A stretch of DNA of 64,000 nucleotides from Eledone cirrhosa (lineage: Eukaryota): positions 185,690,001 through 185,754,000 of the forward strand of contig OZ024741.1 of the NCBI GenBank assembly GCA_964016885.1. The letters are read 5' to 3'. Position numbers and translations under genes: made by a program. The notes beneath the pieces are model-generated. The model was not told the DNA's origin and did not search any database. It worked only from the letters and a program-made list of their open reading frames with translations. Position 1 is the first letter of the stretch, and each line of letters starts with the position of its first letter. Of the stretch, positions 39,991-54,165 are shown piece by piece.

Positions 39991-41554
39991 GAATAAATGA
40001 AGAGTTGCATCCTTTTGACGATATCCAATGACTCCTCCAATCACTTCAGCTTCTAGGAATGAATTTGAAATGTTATTCCGGTGGGATTCGAAACCAGGTG
40101 ATGAAACAATGGAGTTGACTGCAGCTGTACCAACTCTTACCCATCACCCTGCTCCTGCAGATATTAGTAATCAAAATTGGAGTGAATGGTCGTAATTAAA
40201 CTGACAGAAGAAAGGTTCAAACGTGTAATTTTAAATTTTAATTCATATACACTTATATATATATATATATATATTACACACACACACACACATATATATA
40301 TATATTTATATATATATATATGCGTGTGTTGAGATAGAGAGATAGATAGATAGATAAAGAGAGGGGAAGTGAGTGAGAGAGAAAGAGGGGGGAGATTTGC
40401 ACAATTTTTTATAGAATTTACATTAGATTTTTAAATTATTGAGAAACATAAATTATTCGAAATAAAAGGAATTCAAAAATGATATAAAATGTATTTTAAA
40501 ATGTGATAAAGTTATAAAATAGAATAATGAATTTAATTAATCTAAAAGAATTGAATATTTTATATGAAATTAAAGAAAACTGGTAATAATAGCAATGGAG
40601 GATATTATTTCTACAAACCTATGAATGATAAAAACAAATAGCCCCAGGAAAAACAACAATAACAAGAACTACAAAACTAATGCAAGTGACAGTAACGGAA
40701 CAGGCATGAACCAATGTAACTACCGCTCACAAATACACACGAAGACATGTAGAAACACACTCATACACTGAATGAAATCTGTCACGAAATCACCAACCAA
40801 AACACTGCAATTTTCTAGACAAGTGGATTTCACAGCAGGGATTGAAATAACGCGTTGTATATATATATATATATGTGTGTGTACGTGTGGTTTATTTTAT
40901 ATTTGTTTTGATACAGCACGGAAGTGAACTTTGACACCAAACGCGTGACTATCTCCGGCACTATATAATTCATTAACCTTTACGCTTGCCGGCCTTTTCT
41001 TGAAAATTAGAAAAAATAAATGAATGAATAGAAAAATATTCAAAAAATTATTTAATTTCTTCATGTTAGGTTGCCAGAATCGGTAGATTGAGAGATAAGA
41101 AAACGTTGTGAACCCTAGTCCCCTAACTTTACTGTGCGGGTTCAAAACCCAGCGTTCGCTATTTCACTTTAATTCGTTATGTGTATGTGTATATGTGTGT
41201 GTATTTGAATATGTGCGTTCATATAAAAGAAGTGGCCAATTTTCAAAAATAACAGACCTAGGAAAATGTGTTTGTTGTGGTGTTTCCATTGCTAACACTC
41301 ATTGTTGGTCACAACTCCTCACCAAAACGTCACCAGTGACCGGTGTACCGGTAGAGAGAGAGAGAGAGAAATCTGTAAATTCCCGACCACGATGTCAACC
41401 GGTTTTGGCCTGTGTTACAAGCTAAAACCGCTTGGCGCCGAGGGCGAGATTTTACATATCTCTATACCCACTCTGAATGTCCCCATTTATCGAGTACTCA
41501 CATGATTAGTGGTCTTCTCGGTCTCAGCACCACAGACTCTCTGTCTGTCTGTCT

Positions 41555-41660
<106 letters not shown>

Positions 41661-41764
41661 AGAAATGTAAGCTATCGTCGTATTTTGACTAAAGAAATTA
41701 AAGAAATTATTTAGCCTGATAGTGGGGTTGAGACCCCTCGGAGAAATGGAAAAAGATGAGTATT

Positions 41765-41826
41765 GACGTACATGGGAGTCGAACCGACATCTTTGGTTAC
41801 CCGGACCACTGTGCTACCATTTACAC
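41765..41826 (-). pseudogene. tRNA-like remnant
   Basis: Minus strand gtgtaaatggtagcac..ggttcgactccc (A/B-box-like); anticodon arm irregular. Confidence 0.4.
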
Positions 41827-42523
41827 ATAAAAATATTCTTACTTGATATATATATATATATATATATAATCGGGCGTTAGCATTTAATGTACGGAAATGT
41901 TGTAGACACTACCGTTGTTACTGTCGAACTATTTCTAGCCACGGGACTTAGAGACTAGAGCCGAATGCTACCATTCTATTGTACAGCTACTGGAGACTGA
42001 CTTTTTCTAATAACCAATTTTTCACTACTTGTTAATTTGCGTTTGAGATACATTGGCTGAGTGCTTATGGTGGAAACGGAACTATTTGCATTTCTTCACG
42101 TGCCATCACGTACATTTCTAAATCGGTAGCCAGTCAGGAGACGGCATTGTGATGCGTGAGATTACAGTTACAAACATTTTACTGTGATGGCCGTCACATA
42201 CAGTCATAGCCGGCACGGACTGGAGTCAAATTCTGGCGATCCATTGGTTATTGATTAGGCGAAACCCGCTGATGAAGCCACATGCGCCGATTGTGCATTG
42301 TTGCATAATATATGCGGTCAGAGGGTGCTGTGCACTATATTGCTGCATTAAGTGTGGCCCAAACTCGCGTTGATTTCGGGAACAATTGAAGGTACCCGTT
42401 CACATGCGCTGTATCGAAGCGATTAACTACGTGTATATTCTGGGAGTGTATTTAACATTACCTATTGAGTACGCTGAGATGCAACCCGTCCTAGCAGTGA
42501 CACCCATGCTAGTTCCGTCAACC

Positions 42524-42565
<42 letters not shown>

Positions 42566-42568
<3 letters not shown>

Positions 42569-42870
42569 TGGGCACAACGAATACGCGTATATAAGCGCAA
42601 CATCATCAACTTTTAAGGAGCGACTGTACAGCCACAGTCCTAAGCGTTCCCAAACCAGACAAAACGATTTGATCTGGGATCTCAAGGATAGAAACCTCAA
42701 ATACCGAATGAAATGTCTGGCCCAACATTTCACCGGAGGATGCCACTGCAGATTGTGCCTGGCGGAATCATTAAATTGAAATCGGCTATTAATTTAAAAT
42801 CGGGAATCTTGATTAATTGCAGGCACACAAAAAACACACACATTAACCGCCATGGTATTCGTATATGAAC
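42566..42870 (+). pseudogene. Degraded Naiad GIY-YIG fragment after (TA)n
   Basis: YAYISATSSTFKERLYSH..LIWDLKDRNLKY..CRLCLAE. Confidence 0.8.
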
Positions 42871-43011
42871 CACGGACAGACCAAAACCAAACCACCTGAA
42901 CACAGAGAGCAATAGTCACTTACATAACATCCTATTAACTACGACAATTATTACTATGTCTCATCAACCCTATCATTCCTTACCATTGCTATTCGCATTA
43001 ATATTATGTTC

Positions 43012-43135
43012 TTTATGATCTGAGTTCAAATCCCGCCGAGGCTAACTTTGCCTTTCATCTTTACGGGGTCGATAAAATAAAGTACCAGTAATACACTTGA
43101 TAATTGCTGGCCTTGTGCCAATAGTAGAAACAATT
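43012..43135 (+). mobile_element. 5'-truncated SINE
   Basis: ctgagttcaaatcccgccgagg..ggggtcgataaaataaagtaccag..gtagaaacaatt. Confidence 0.9.
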
Positions 43136-43248
43136 AATATTATATTCGTTATCATGTTCCTCATTATTAAACATATCACCTTGTATTCATCTCTCTCACC
43201 CACATGAACACACACCTCACACACCAGACACCCACATACACCACCAGC

Positions 43249-45535
43249 TTATAATCGATATTCTTTTTTCTATAATTATTAATTATTTCAGCCAAGGATG
43301 TTGTATTAGCTAATCCGGCATTTTTAAAACTATGTTTGTGTGTATTAAATCTTACTTTAAATTGGTTAGAAGTAGCTCCTATATATGAATAAGTTGAGTC
43401 CTTATTGCTAATTTTACATTTATATACTATGTTATTAATAAGACAATTTCCTTTTAATGGTCAATTTCCTTTGTTTCTACAGTTACAACCATTCGTGAAT
43501 ATTATATCAGGGGAATTAGTCAAATTTGGTGTGGGTTTACTCGACTTGTTATATATGAAGGAGATGGTAGTTTGTTGCGGTTTATTTTCGTATTATGGTT
43601 AGTTTGATGTGTTGGTGGTATATTCATGGATTTTTTTTTACATTTGTATGCATTGTAAGCACTTATATTCTGTTGTATATTTTTGGTAGTGGACTAGGAA
43701 AATTTGACCGTTGATCTATTTAAAATGTGATGGTATTTATGGTTTGGCAGGAAGATTTTCTCTAGGATAGTAAACAATTTTTTAGGGATATTATCTTTAA
43801 TTTGTAGGTTAAATGGAGCATTATACCAAGTAACACGTCTATTACGGTTTCTATGTTGTTTTTAATATTTATACGATGTATCAGGATGTTTACTGAGGGA
43901 GTTAGTATTAGTGAATTTATTATATATAGGTTTAGTTAGATTAACTGATTTAGGTGTTTTAGTCTGATTATTAGAAATGCTGTTAGTAATGTTATTAACG
44001 TATATTGGAGTATTAGGATGAATGGTTTTTTGAAAGTTATTATATTGTATGTGAGAAGAGGTAGAGAAATTCAGTTTTAAGTTGGTATTTTGGGGTATTG
44101 TGTGAGTGGCATTTAGGTGTGTGTTTTTCATTTGGTATTTTTTGGTAATATTGGGTTGTAAATTTGAAGTATTATTGGTACAAGACTAATTTGTTTTTGT
44201 GGCCGCTTCTAGCTAAAGCTTCGTTATAAAAGGTAGCATTTTTATCGAATACATCCTGGTTAGATGAAAGGTTAGAAATTCTGAGTGAGATATTATATGC
44301 TAGGTTTTTAAGGATAGATCTAGGGTGATTGGATTGTGAGTGTATGTAATGTAAGTTTTGGTTAGGTTTATGGTAAGGTTGGTAGATACCCGTAGATAAG
44401 TCTAAAGTTATATCAAGGAAATTAACTACTTTACTGGTGTTTTCAAATGTAATAGTGAGACTATAATAGTCTTTGAGGAAAGTTCTAATAAGTTTTTTAT
44501 TTTTTTCAATTTCTGATAGGCTAAGGTTAATGGAAAGAAGAAGACAGTCATCACGATATAAACAACCTTTAAGGTGGGGAAAAGAAGCATTTATGTTAAA
44601 TAGAAGAAAGAGGCCCACAAGATCGGTAATTTGGGGCAGAATCACTAGAGCCCATAGCAATGTCGAATAGATTACTATATGTATTTCTGGTACAGTATTC
44701 CTTCTGTAATTCCAGTAGTGTTTGTCTATCGTGCATGATAATATTAATGTCATCCATAGTTAAGTTTGATCTATTTTTGGCAAATATCAAGGCTTTGTTC
44801 AGGAGTATGGGTGATATAGAGGGATAATAAGCATCTATATCGAATTGTAGAAATGAAGCAGATGATTTATTTCTAATATTAGTAAACCAGTTAATTACCT
44901 GGGATGTGTTTTCCCAGATTGGTAAATTAACATATTTTCTTAATTGTCGGATGATTCTGTATAAAAATGTGTTACTAATGATGCCAATGTCAGATTTGGA
45001 AGGGCCTATAAGTCTTATAGAAGGATTAGCGTTAAAGTTAGATTTGTGATCTTTCAGGTTAAAGTGTGGTTTTTTCAGTGCCAAAGATTAAGTTCAATCT
45101 TCAATATTGAGTTTATTTACTATGTTGTGTGTTTTGTTGTTGATATTGGTAAGAGCCGCATTATTTTTTTTTTATAATTTTTCCTGAGTTCTTTATAAAT
45201 GAACTCATTGTAATTATCAATATCCATGTGGTACAGATTTCCAGTTTTGTCAGAGTGGACATAGATTTTGTTAGATTTTTTTTAGATCCAATAAGGGTAG
45301 AATCAAGATCCTTTTGAAAATTAGATTTATATTTCTTAAATTTGAGGTGTTTGATTAAGTTAAAAAGGTCTTTCTCGAAGTTTTCAAGCAAGGAGTTGTG
45401 TGGTGGGTTCTTATATGTAGTGAACTCTTATAAATATTTCTTATCAGTACATTTTGTTTTTTTTATCAAAGTGGTAGGCCCTCCATCTAAAAATCAATGT
45501 AAATATGGAGGTCCTACCGCCCTCCATCTAACAAA
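43249..45535 (-). mobile_element. Naiad PLE, left arm: frameshifted RT, linker and partial GIY-YIG
   Basis: RWRAYHF, FEKDL, LKDHKSNF..IRLIGPSKSDIG, FLQFDIDAYYPSI, LYRDDCL, VNFLDITLDL, SNHP. Confidence 0.92.
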
Positions 45536-45539
45536 ATTC

Positions 45540-47520
45540 CTAATAATCAGACTAAAACACCTAAATCAGTTAATCTAACTAAACCTATATATAATAAATT
45601 CACTAATACTTACTCTCTTAGTAAATATCCTGATACATCGTATAAATATTAAAAACAACATCGAAACCGTAATAGACGAGTTACTTGGTATAATGCTCCA
45701 TTTAACCTACAAATTAAAGATAATATCCCTAAAAACTTTTTACTATCCTTGAGAAAAACTTCCCGCCAAACCATAAATACCATCAAATTTTAAATAGATC
45801 AACGGTCAAATTTTCCTACTCCACTACCAAAAATATACAACAAAATATAAGTGCTTACAATGCATATAAATGTAAAAAAAAAACATGAATATACCATGAA
45901 TAAAAAAAACCATGAATATACCACCAACACATCAAACTAACCATAATACTAAAATAAACCGCAACAAACCACCATCTCCTTCATATATAACAAGTCGAGT
46001 AAATTCCACACCAAATTTGACTAATTCCCCTGATATAATATTCACGAATGGTTGTAACTGTAGAAACAAAGGAAATTGCCCATTAAAAGGAAATTGTCTT
46101 ATTAATAACATAGTATATAAATGTAAAATTAGCAATAAGGACTCAACTTATTCATATCTAGGAGCTACTTCTAACCAATTTAAAGTAAGATTTAATACCC
46201 ACAAACATAGTTTTAAAAATGCCGCATTAGCTAATACAACATCCTTGGCTGAAATAATTAATAATTATAGAAAAAAGAATATCGATTATAACCTGACCTG
46301 GAGTGTTGTCAAAAGGGCCACCCCTTATCAAAATAACAGATATGAGTGTAAATTATGTTCCCAGGAACGTTTTGAAATAAAGAAATCTAAGGATATCCTA
46401 TTAAATAAGCGACAAGAATTAATTATATCGTGCAATCATAGAATTAGAAGAACTTTCAAATATTATAAACATAATTAATATACACCTTACATTTATATTA
46501 TACAAATTATTATAATTAGCTTTTTTAATTTAGTTAACCTACAATTAGTATTTTACTACTGAGAACTTCATAATTTTATTTCCCTTTTACAGCTCTCTTT
46601 TCCTAAAATTAATACCTATAAGTATACATATAAACTATTTTAACTTCCTGTTATGAATCTAAATTCCTTGTAGTCTATATAAGTTTGTTATTTCTCACTA
46701 ATCCATTTATCCCCCAAAAATGTTTCCTTCGTTTTTAACAACATTCTTTAATAACATCTAACTCTTATTTATCACATCTATATAAATTAATATAAATTTA
46801 TCCCTATAAGTATACCTATCAATTAAATTAATTTGATTTCTTGTTATAGATCTAAATTCCTTGTGTTTTAAATAAGATTGGTATTTCTCACTAACACATT
46901 TACCCTAAGATGTTATTCTCCTTCGATTTTAACATTAGCATTATTCTTTAATAACATCAAATGTTCGTGTACCTTTCACCGGGTTGACCCCTTTTCATCC
47001 CCAAAGTAATCTTTTCATTCAAAGTATTCTTTCCATTCAAAACTTAAGTCTGCATTCCTCTACCCCTAAATTAAATTTCTACTACTACTATTCTATCAAC
47101 TTGACCACTAACTACTTTTCTATTGGTCAATTCAAAACCTGTTCCCAAACAGACCTATTATATTAAATCTTCGTTGTTTTTTTTTCAATAAACAAATAAC
47201 ATTATTTCTGAAGACAGCATATATATGTGTAGGTATGAATATTTCCTCTGATAGTTTGTAAAATTTTTACATAGATCTATATGATATACATACCAACACA
47301 CACATATATATCCTAGAAACGATCGTAAAATGATGAATGTTTTAATATAAGGAACTGTTTCTTTGTTTTTATTCATTATTTTTATTAATTTATCTTGACT
47401 CGCTGTTCCTGTGATTTTCATCGAAAATTTTTTTTAATACATCTTCTCTTTTCGTGATATTTGGATTACATTGAGTTCTTCATACGGATTGGACACTACC
47501 GTATATTTTGGTAGATTTAT
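45540..47520 (+). mobile_element. Naiad PLE, right (inverted) arm: linker, complete GIY-YIG (stop at 46478) and 3' non-coding region; right boundary approximate
   Basis: 45540-46291 is the reverse complement of 43249-43975. CNC..CPL..IVY..YLG..FKVRFNTH..CKLCSQE..LLN..CNH. ~190-bp internal duplication at 46614-46960. Confidence 0.85.
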
Positions 47521-49052
47521 CTATATATATATATATATATATATTTACATAAATATAGATTCATTACAGATTTGTAAGCCTCTAGATAATGACATAGCAC
47601 ATGAGCTGTTAAGTTGTTATTTTGAATTCTAAGAACAATAATCTAGATATACGAATTCCCAAAGGTTAGAAATCATGTATAATATATTGCCTATAATTGT
47701 TTTTTCTTTTTGTCTCTTACGTGCAGGAAACTCCAAGTCATATTAACCATTGCGTTCATTTCTAAGGTCTTCGTGTGTTATTTGAGGAATATTTGGCTGT
47801 TATTTCTAAATGATCAATTAATCACGCAGAAGCTCCCTCATTTGCTCGAATGAATTTAATTAATTATACAGAAAACTGACAATTATTCCACAAAGATTCC
47901 ATGTTTTTATGAGCTAAATTGTAGTTTCTCGGTAGAGATAAGTTTTCTTCAACGTCGACCGGTTAATGTTTTCAGTGTTCTGTAAATGTTTTCCGATATT
48001 AACAGGAAATTCCCACAGAGAGACAGAGAGCAAAATAATACCAACAACAATTGTAAAAACAACACCAACAATCACAAAAAAAGCAATATATCATAACATA
48101 ATTTGATGTCGAAAAATCTAGTCAAAGCTATATGCACTGGGAATATCGCTCGTAAAATGTCTCGCATTGTCGTTCCATTTATAATGTGTTTATTTCACAG
48201 ACCACAAAGTACAAAGCAATTAGTAGCAATTATATATATGGAACCATTTAGTTCAGTATGCTGTTGTTGTTGATGTTATTGTTGGTTTTATTCCTCTGAT
48301 GTTTATATATTTGCATATTGGCATCTCATGTTTCTGCTGAAAAACAATAAGTCATATCGATTACATGATTATGTGTGTTTGCTGAATGACGTTTAAGTGT
48401 TATATTCTATCAAACAGGATTGTCAATCAAATGACTGATCACTTGCCAATAACTACTCTAAGTAATAACGTGTTTTAATTAAACAGGAAATTGTGCAGTC
48501 ATTGAGGGACTAGAAGAGGGAAACAAAAACGCTGGTTCTGAGATAAAATGGGGCTAGTAGAGAGGATATAGAAGTACAGGGAGTGAAATAGAGAGCGATG
48601 TAGAGGAGAAAAAGTGAACTGGAGAGAGTGTGGAATAGAAGAGTGAAATAAAAGAGAAATGAAGAGAGGAAACAGATAAAGTGTAAGAGAGTAGAGAAAA
48701 TTCTCTAGATCATTCGTGCAGCAAATGAGTAGATTAATTTCTTCCGAATGAAAGTGGAAACCATGATGCCAGTAAAATTTGTTATTGTTGCTGCTGTTGT
48801 TGTGTTTGATATTATTGATCTTTAGAACTGAATCAATTCTCAAATGCACGCCAGTGGTGACCATCCTATTTCTACTTAAGATATACTCTATATTTTCCTT
48901 TATTTTCGTTCTGAGTTCTACTACACATGATTTCGTTCTTGGGCGCTTTCAATAACATTTCCTTTTTCTCTTGAGTAGAGTTTGCTACATGTTTTTGTTC
49001 AATCGTGTTTCATTTCTAAAGACTCTTCTCATAGCACAACATAGTAGATTCT

Positions 49053-49168
<116 letters not shown>

Positions 49169-49191
49169 AAAAACAAATAAATAAATAAATA

Positions 49192-49295
49192 ATCGTTTCT
49201 ACTTTTGGCACAAGGCCACCAATTATCCTAATATATTACTGGTACTTTATTTTATTGAGCCCGTAAGGATGAAAGGCACAGTTAACCTCGGGGGG
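49192..49295 (-). mobile_element. 5'-truncated SINE
   Basis: gtttctacttttggcacaaggcca..actggtactttatttt..gtaaggatgaaaggca. Confidence 0.85.
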
Positions 49296-51029
49296 ATATG
49301 AATAAATAAATAAATAAATAATGAAAGAAAAAAAGGAAGAATGAAAGAAAGAATGCGAGAAGGGGAGGAATTGGAGAGGGGTCGGAGATAATTGTAACAT
49401 ATAAAGAAAATTGGAAAATATAAATGTCCCTCCTAGCCTAGTGCTTAATTTATCGACCCAATCATGATAAAATTTGATCTCGATGGGGTTTTGATTCAGA
49501 GCGTAGTATTTTTCCGGCTTTCACCGTATATATTGTCTGTACAAATACAATGTCCTGTATAAATATGACGCTTTCTCGATAACAATCCTGCCTTTTTAGG
49601 CAAGGTTAACATGAAACTGTAGTAGCTAATATATTGTGCCCTATTTTTTAACGAGATGTAATTTTAATGGGCTTTGATTCTCCTTTTTAGGAGACCAAGT
49701 GAAAATTTAGAGGACCCCATTCATGTATGTGGTTATTTAGGCCTTATGAGATCATGCACGAGCAAACTTAAAATCAAAGGCATTCTAGTTGTAACTATAC
49801 TGCTTTTTTAGTGTTATTAGACTTATACGGTTTCTCCTGTGATATCCGTTTATAAGACCATAAATTGTTAGCTTGCCAGAAATGTAGCAATTATACGTTG
49901 TTTGAAGTTATTCAATGATTATATCCTTCCGCATGTTCGTAGCACAAATGTGACATTCATTAAAGCATTGCTCAAAGACCTACGATTAAGCCACATGTCA
50001 CCCTTTGCCGGTCAGAGCAGGATAGACTCTTTTAGTAAAGGCAGTATGGTGTAATGCAATCAGTAGTATGTATGTGTGTCCCTTTCTTTTGACCTGCAAT
50101 GTTATTTCTGTGAACGTTAGCATACCCTCTATGTTTCTGTTTGTTACCATTATATTAACAATGGTATGACTTTTTCTACTTTTCACTTAATCATTTTATA
50201 AGCAGCTATATTCCTTCTGTAAATCTATATTTACTCTGTACCATTGGTATCATCTTCTATATGCCCTTCAGAAGAAGTGCAAGTCTCCGAAATTGTTTAA
50301 TGACCCCACGGCGAATCAACGGACAATATTGTTTTCTACTAACTTTTTGGGAATAAAATTGGAAGCCTATTTTTGTGTCTTTCAGAATAGATTTATTGTT
50401 GTTGCTTTAGTTGATCAACAGAATTCGGATCAAGATTGTTTCAGTTGAGCCCGAGTATAAAAGCAGCTGCTTCACAATTTATATTATATTTTCTCTGGTT
50501 ACAAGCTTCCAACTGATCAATCACTATTTCTTTGATTTCATGATATCAGACGTAATAAGTGAGGATTGTCTTCAACAAGGACTAACCAGATATAACAAAA
50601 GATTTTTATTCTTAAGAACGGATGTATCTATCTTTTCACCGATATCTACATCGTTCACAGATATAGATCAGTAAAGATTAGTATTAATCAAAATAAAGGA
50701 AACACTAATGCATTGTGTATATCAAGCAGCTATTCATGGTTGGGGTAGATTCAGGTCCTGAAATACGAGCCTCGATATGGAGATGTAATATATAATCACA
50801 AAGGAGATGACTTTTCTTAGCATAAATGAAGTTTTACTGCCTGTAACTTGCTCATAATTGAAGACAGCATTGATGTGTGTGTTTACAGTATATGTTGTCG
50901 GGAACGAATATGAGTACGTTAGAAGAAGCAGCCATTATTCCATTTAAGGGGGATTTCAAATGTCAGGTTTCAGGGATGATTTGTATACACAGAGACAAGC
51001 AGGAATTCATTGAAACTGGTGTGCAAGCA

Positions 51030-51826
<797 letters not shown>

Positions 51827-52157
51827 CACAATGGAGTAGTTCTAAGTAAGTACATGAAAAATCTCAAAGGAATCTATTCACTTCAAATATTGATTAAATT
51901 CCAGGAAGGCTAAACATTTGGTGCCAACACAAATTCTTGCTTACTTTACACAAAGTCAATTGTTGTTCCTTCCGTTGTTCACTTGACGTTAGCATATACA
52001 TTGTCTTAGACATTTGTTTAGATATTTTCTTCTTCTTCTTCTTCTTCTTCTTCTTCTTCTTCTTCATCAGCACCACCACCCTAACAATCACCAATGTCAT
52101 CATTATTCTTTTTATTATGTTGTTCTATATGTATCCAAACTATTCATAATTTCAACA

Positions 52158-52438
52158 ATATGATAATGCTGCCTTTACTTTAAAACCTAGTTTTAGCTCC
52201 GGAAGAATTAATAATTAATCTTTCTTACTTTCTTGTTTCTTCTTTTCTTTTTGCGTTTGCTCTAAATCCTTTCGAAATTTTATACTTTAAAAATGTAACT
52301 TCATCACGTGCTGTAATCTTACATATGCTCTGACCTCATTGCTTGCTTAGAAACATTACAAATTCCAGCAGTTCTTTGCATTATTAATCAATGGTTCTTG
52401 TTCTTTTTGTTGTAACTATTGTTTTTATTATTATTATT
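52158..52438 (+). repeat. ~280-bp direct duplication, copy 1 (copy 2 at 53661-53954), each ending in (TTA)n
   Basis: atatgataatgctgcctttactttaaaacctag...gtttttattattattatt in both copies. Confidence 0.95.
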
Positions 52439-53270
52439 GTTCTTTGAGTCTCAGTCATTGATGTTATTTAACTGAAAAGTTTGTTGAAATGAATATCAAG
52501 CCGCTACCTGCAGCCTCAGATATTCAGGACGTATCGGAGGGTTCTGGCTGTTCCCAGCAAGCAGGCCTTTTGGAGTGTTCCAAAAAGCGGGGCTGGACTA
52601 ATTTTCTTTAACCATCCCTGGAAACCTTTTGAGATAGTACCTAGTGCGCCTATGAGAATCAGGACGACTTTGACTTCATGGCAGTTCCAAATCCTTTTTA
52701 CCTCCCACTTTAAGTCTTGGTATCGATTAATTTTCCCCCGCTCCATCTCTTGCACTCTCGTGTCAAATGGGCAGGCTACATCTACAATCAGGAACGATAT
52801 TTTTTCCTTGTCCAAACCCACCAGTCAGGCCTATTGTGTTCCAGTTTCTTATCCGTCTGTATCCTAAAATCCCACAGCACCTTCACCTGATCGTTTTCTA
52901 TCACCGACTCTGGCTTATGCTCATACCACTTCTCAGAATGTGGTAAATTGTTTACTTTGCATAGGTGCAAGTAGATCACCCTGCCCATCACATCATGTCT
53001 CCAGCCTTTATAGTGAGTCTGGGCTAGGTGTTTACACTCGGATACAATGTGAGCCACAGTCTCCTCTCTCTACACACAGATCCTACAGAGTCGGATAGCT
53101 TTCACCTTGTAAATATGGTGTTTCACCCACTTCGTTTTGAGTGCCTGCTCTTGCGCAGCCATTAGCATTCGTTCTGTAGCCTTTTTAAGGTCTCCTCTTT
53201 TTAACCAGTTCGATGTCTGTGGATCTCTAAATTCAGTTTTCTCAAAGAAAGTACTATGAAACTTATGTTT
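52439..53270 (-). mobile_element. R4/Dong-type LINE 3' fragment (Zn motif + RLE)
   Basis: HIVSEC..RHD..LWDFRIQTD..NRPD..VDVACP..KINRYQDL..GALGTI; 3' end in (TAA)n. Confidence 0.9.
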
Positions 53271-53309
53271 ATTTTTTAAAGTTTTTATCTATTTATTTGT
53301 TTATTTATT

Positions 53310-53660
53310 TATGTTAGTCTACAGCGTGATGGTGCCACGTTAAAATCACCGGGGGTGATGTAACCATACATTCACCATTCCTCGATATGAGTGTTTAAAT
53401 GTCGAACCTAAACAGTTCGAATAACGGTGAAGTGGAGACTGGAACGTCATGTGACAGATTCCCACCCAGCAGGTGCTCCCTGGCCCAGCAGCTGGGACCT
53501 GGCTGCCATCCAAATACTGCTGGTGTTGGAGGAAGAAGAAGAAGGAAAGGGACAAGAACCAAGTGGACGACAGAATTGAATAGAACTGTTATGCAATGTT
53601 ACCTGAAGAGTAACCCCAAGGAAAAAGGCTATAGGAAACGGATGCATAACATCTGGAACG
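53310..53660 (+). mobile_element. Probable R4/Dong-type 5' UTR and N-terminus, inverted relative to the adjacent 3' fragment
   Basis: RTKWTTELNRTVMQCYLKSNPKEKGYRKRMHNIW resembles the N-terminal motif I recall from R4/Dong ORFs. Confidence 0.65.
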
Positions 53661-54165
53661 ATATGATAATGCTGCCTTTACTTTAAAACCTAGTTTTAGC
53701 TTCGGAAGAATTAATAATTAATCTTTCTTACTTTCTTGTTTCTTTCTTCTTTTCTTTTTGCGTTTGCTCTAAATCCTTTCGATATTTTATGCTTTAAAAA
53801 TGTAACTTCATCACGTGCTGTAATCTTACATATGCTCTGACATCATTGCTTGCTTAGAAACATTACAAATTCCAGCAGTTCTTTGCATTATTAATCAATG
53901 GTTCTTGTTCTTTTTGTTGTAGTTGTTGTTTTTATTATTATTATTATTATTATTGGTCTGTTCGGATGCCTTTTTGGATCGCTCCCAGTAAGTCGCTTTA
54001 TTTGCCTGTTAAAATTATTTGTTGTTAAATATTTCTTGTTGTGTAAGGGACATAAGCCCTTAGACTTTGCCCTGTGAAGAGGAAAGTATAATATTTGGGC
54101 TTTTTGGCCCGAATATTAGAACTCTTTTTTACGTGTTAAAAAATTTACGGAGAAAAAAACAAAAC

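Noticed and set aside
40917-41240. ETS-like, TATA and CCAAT motifs suggesting a promoter
   Set aside because: Short motifs expected by chance; no gene identified downstream.
42269-42325. Isolated CTGATGA
   Set aside because: No GAAA in the required position.
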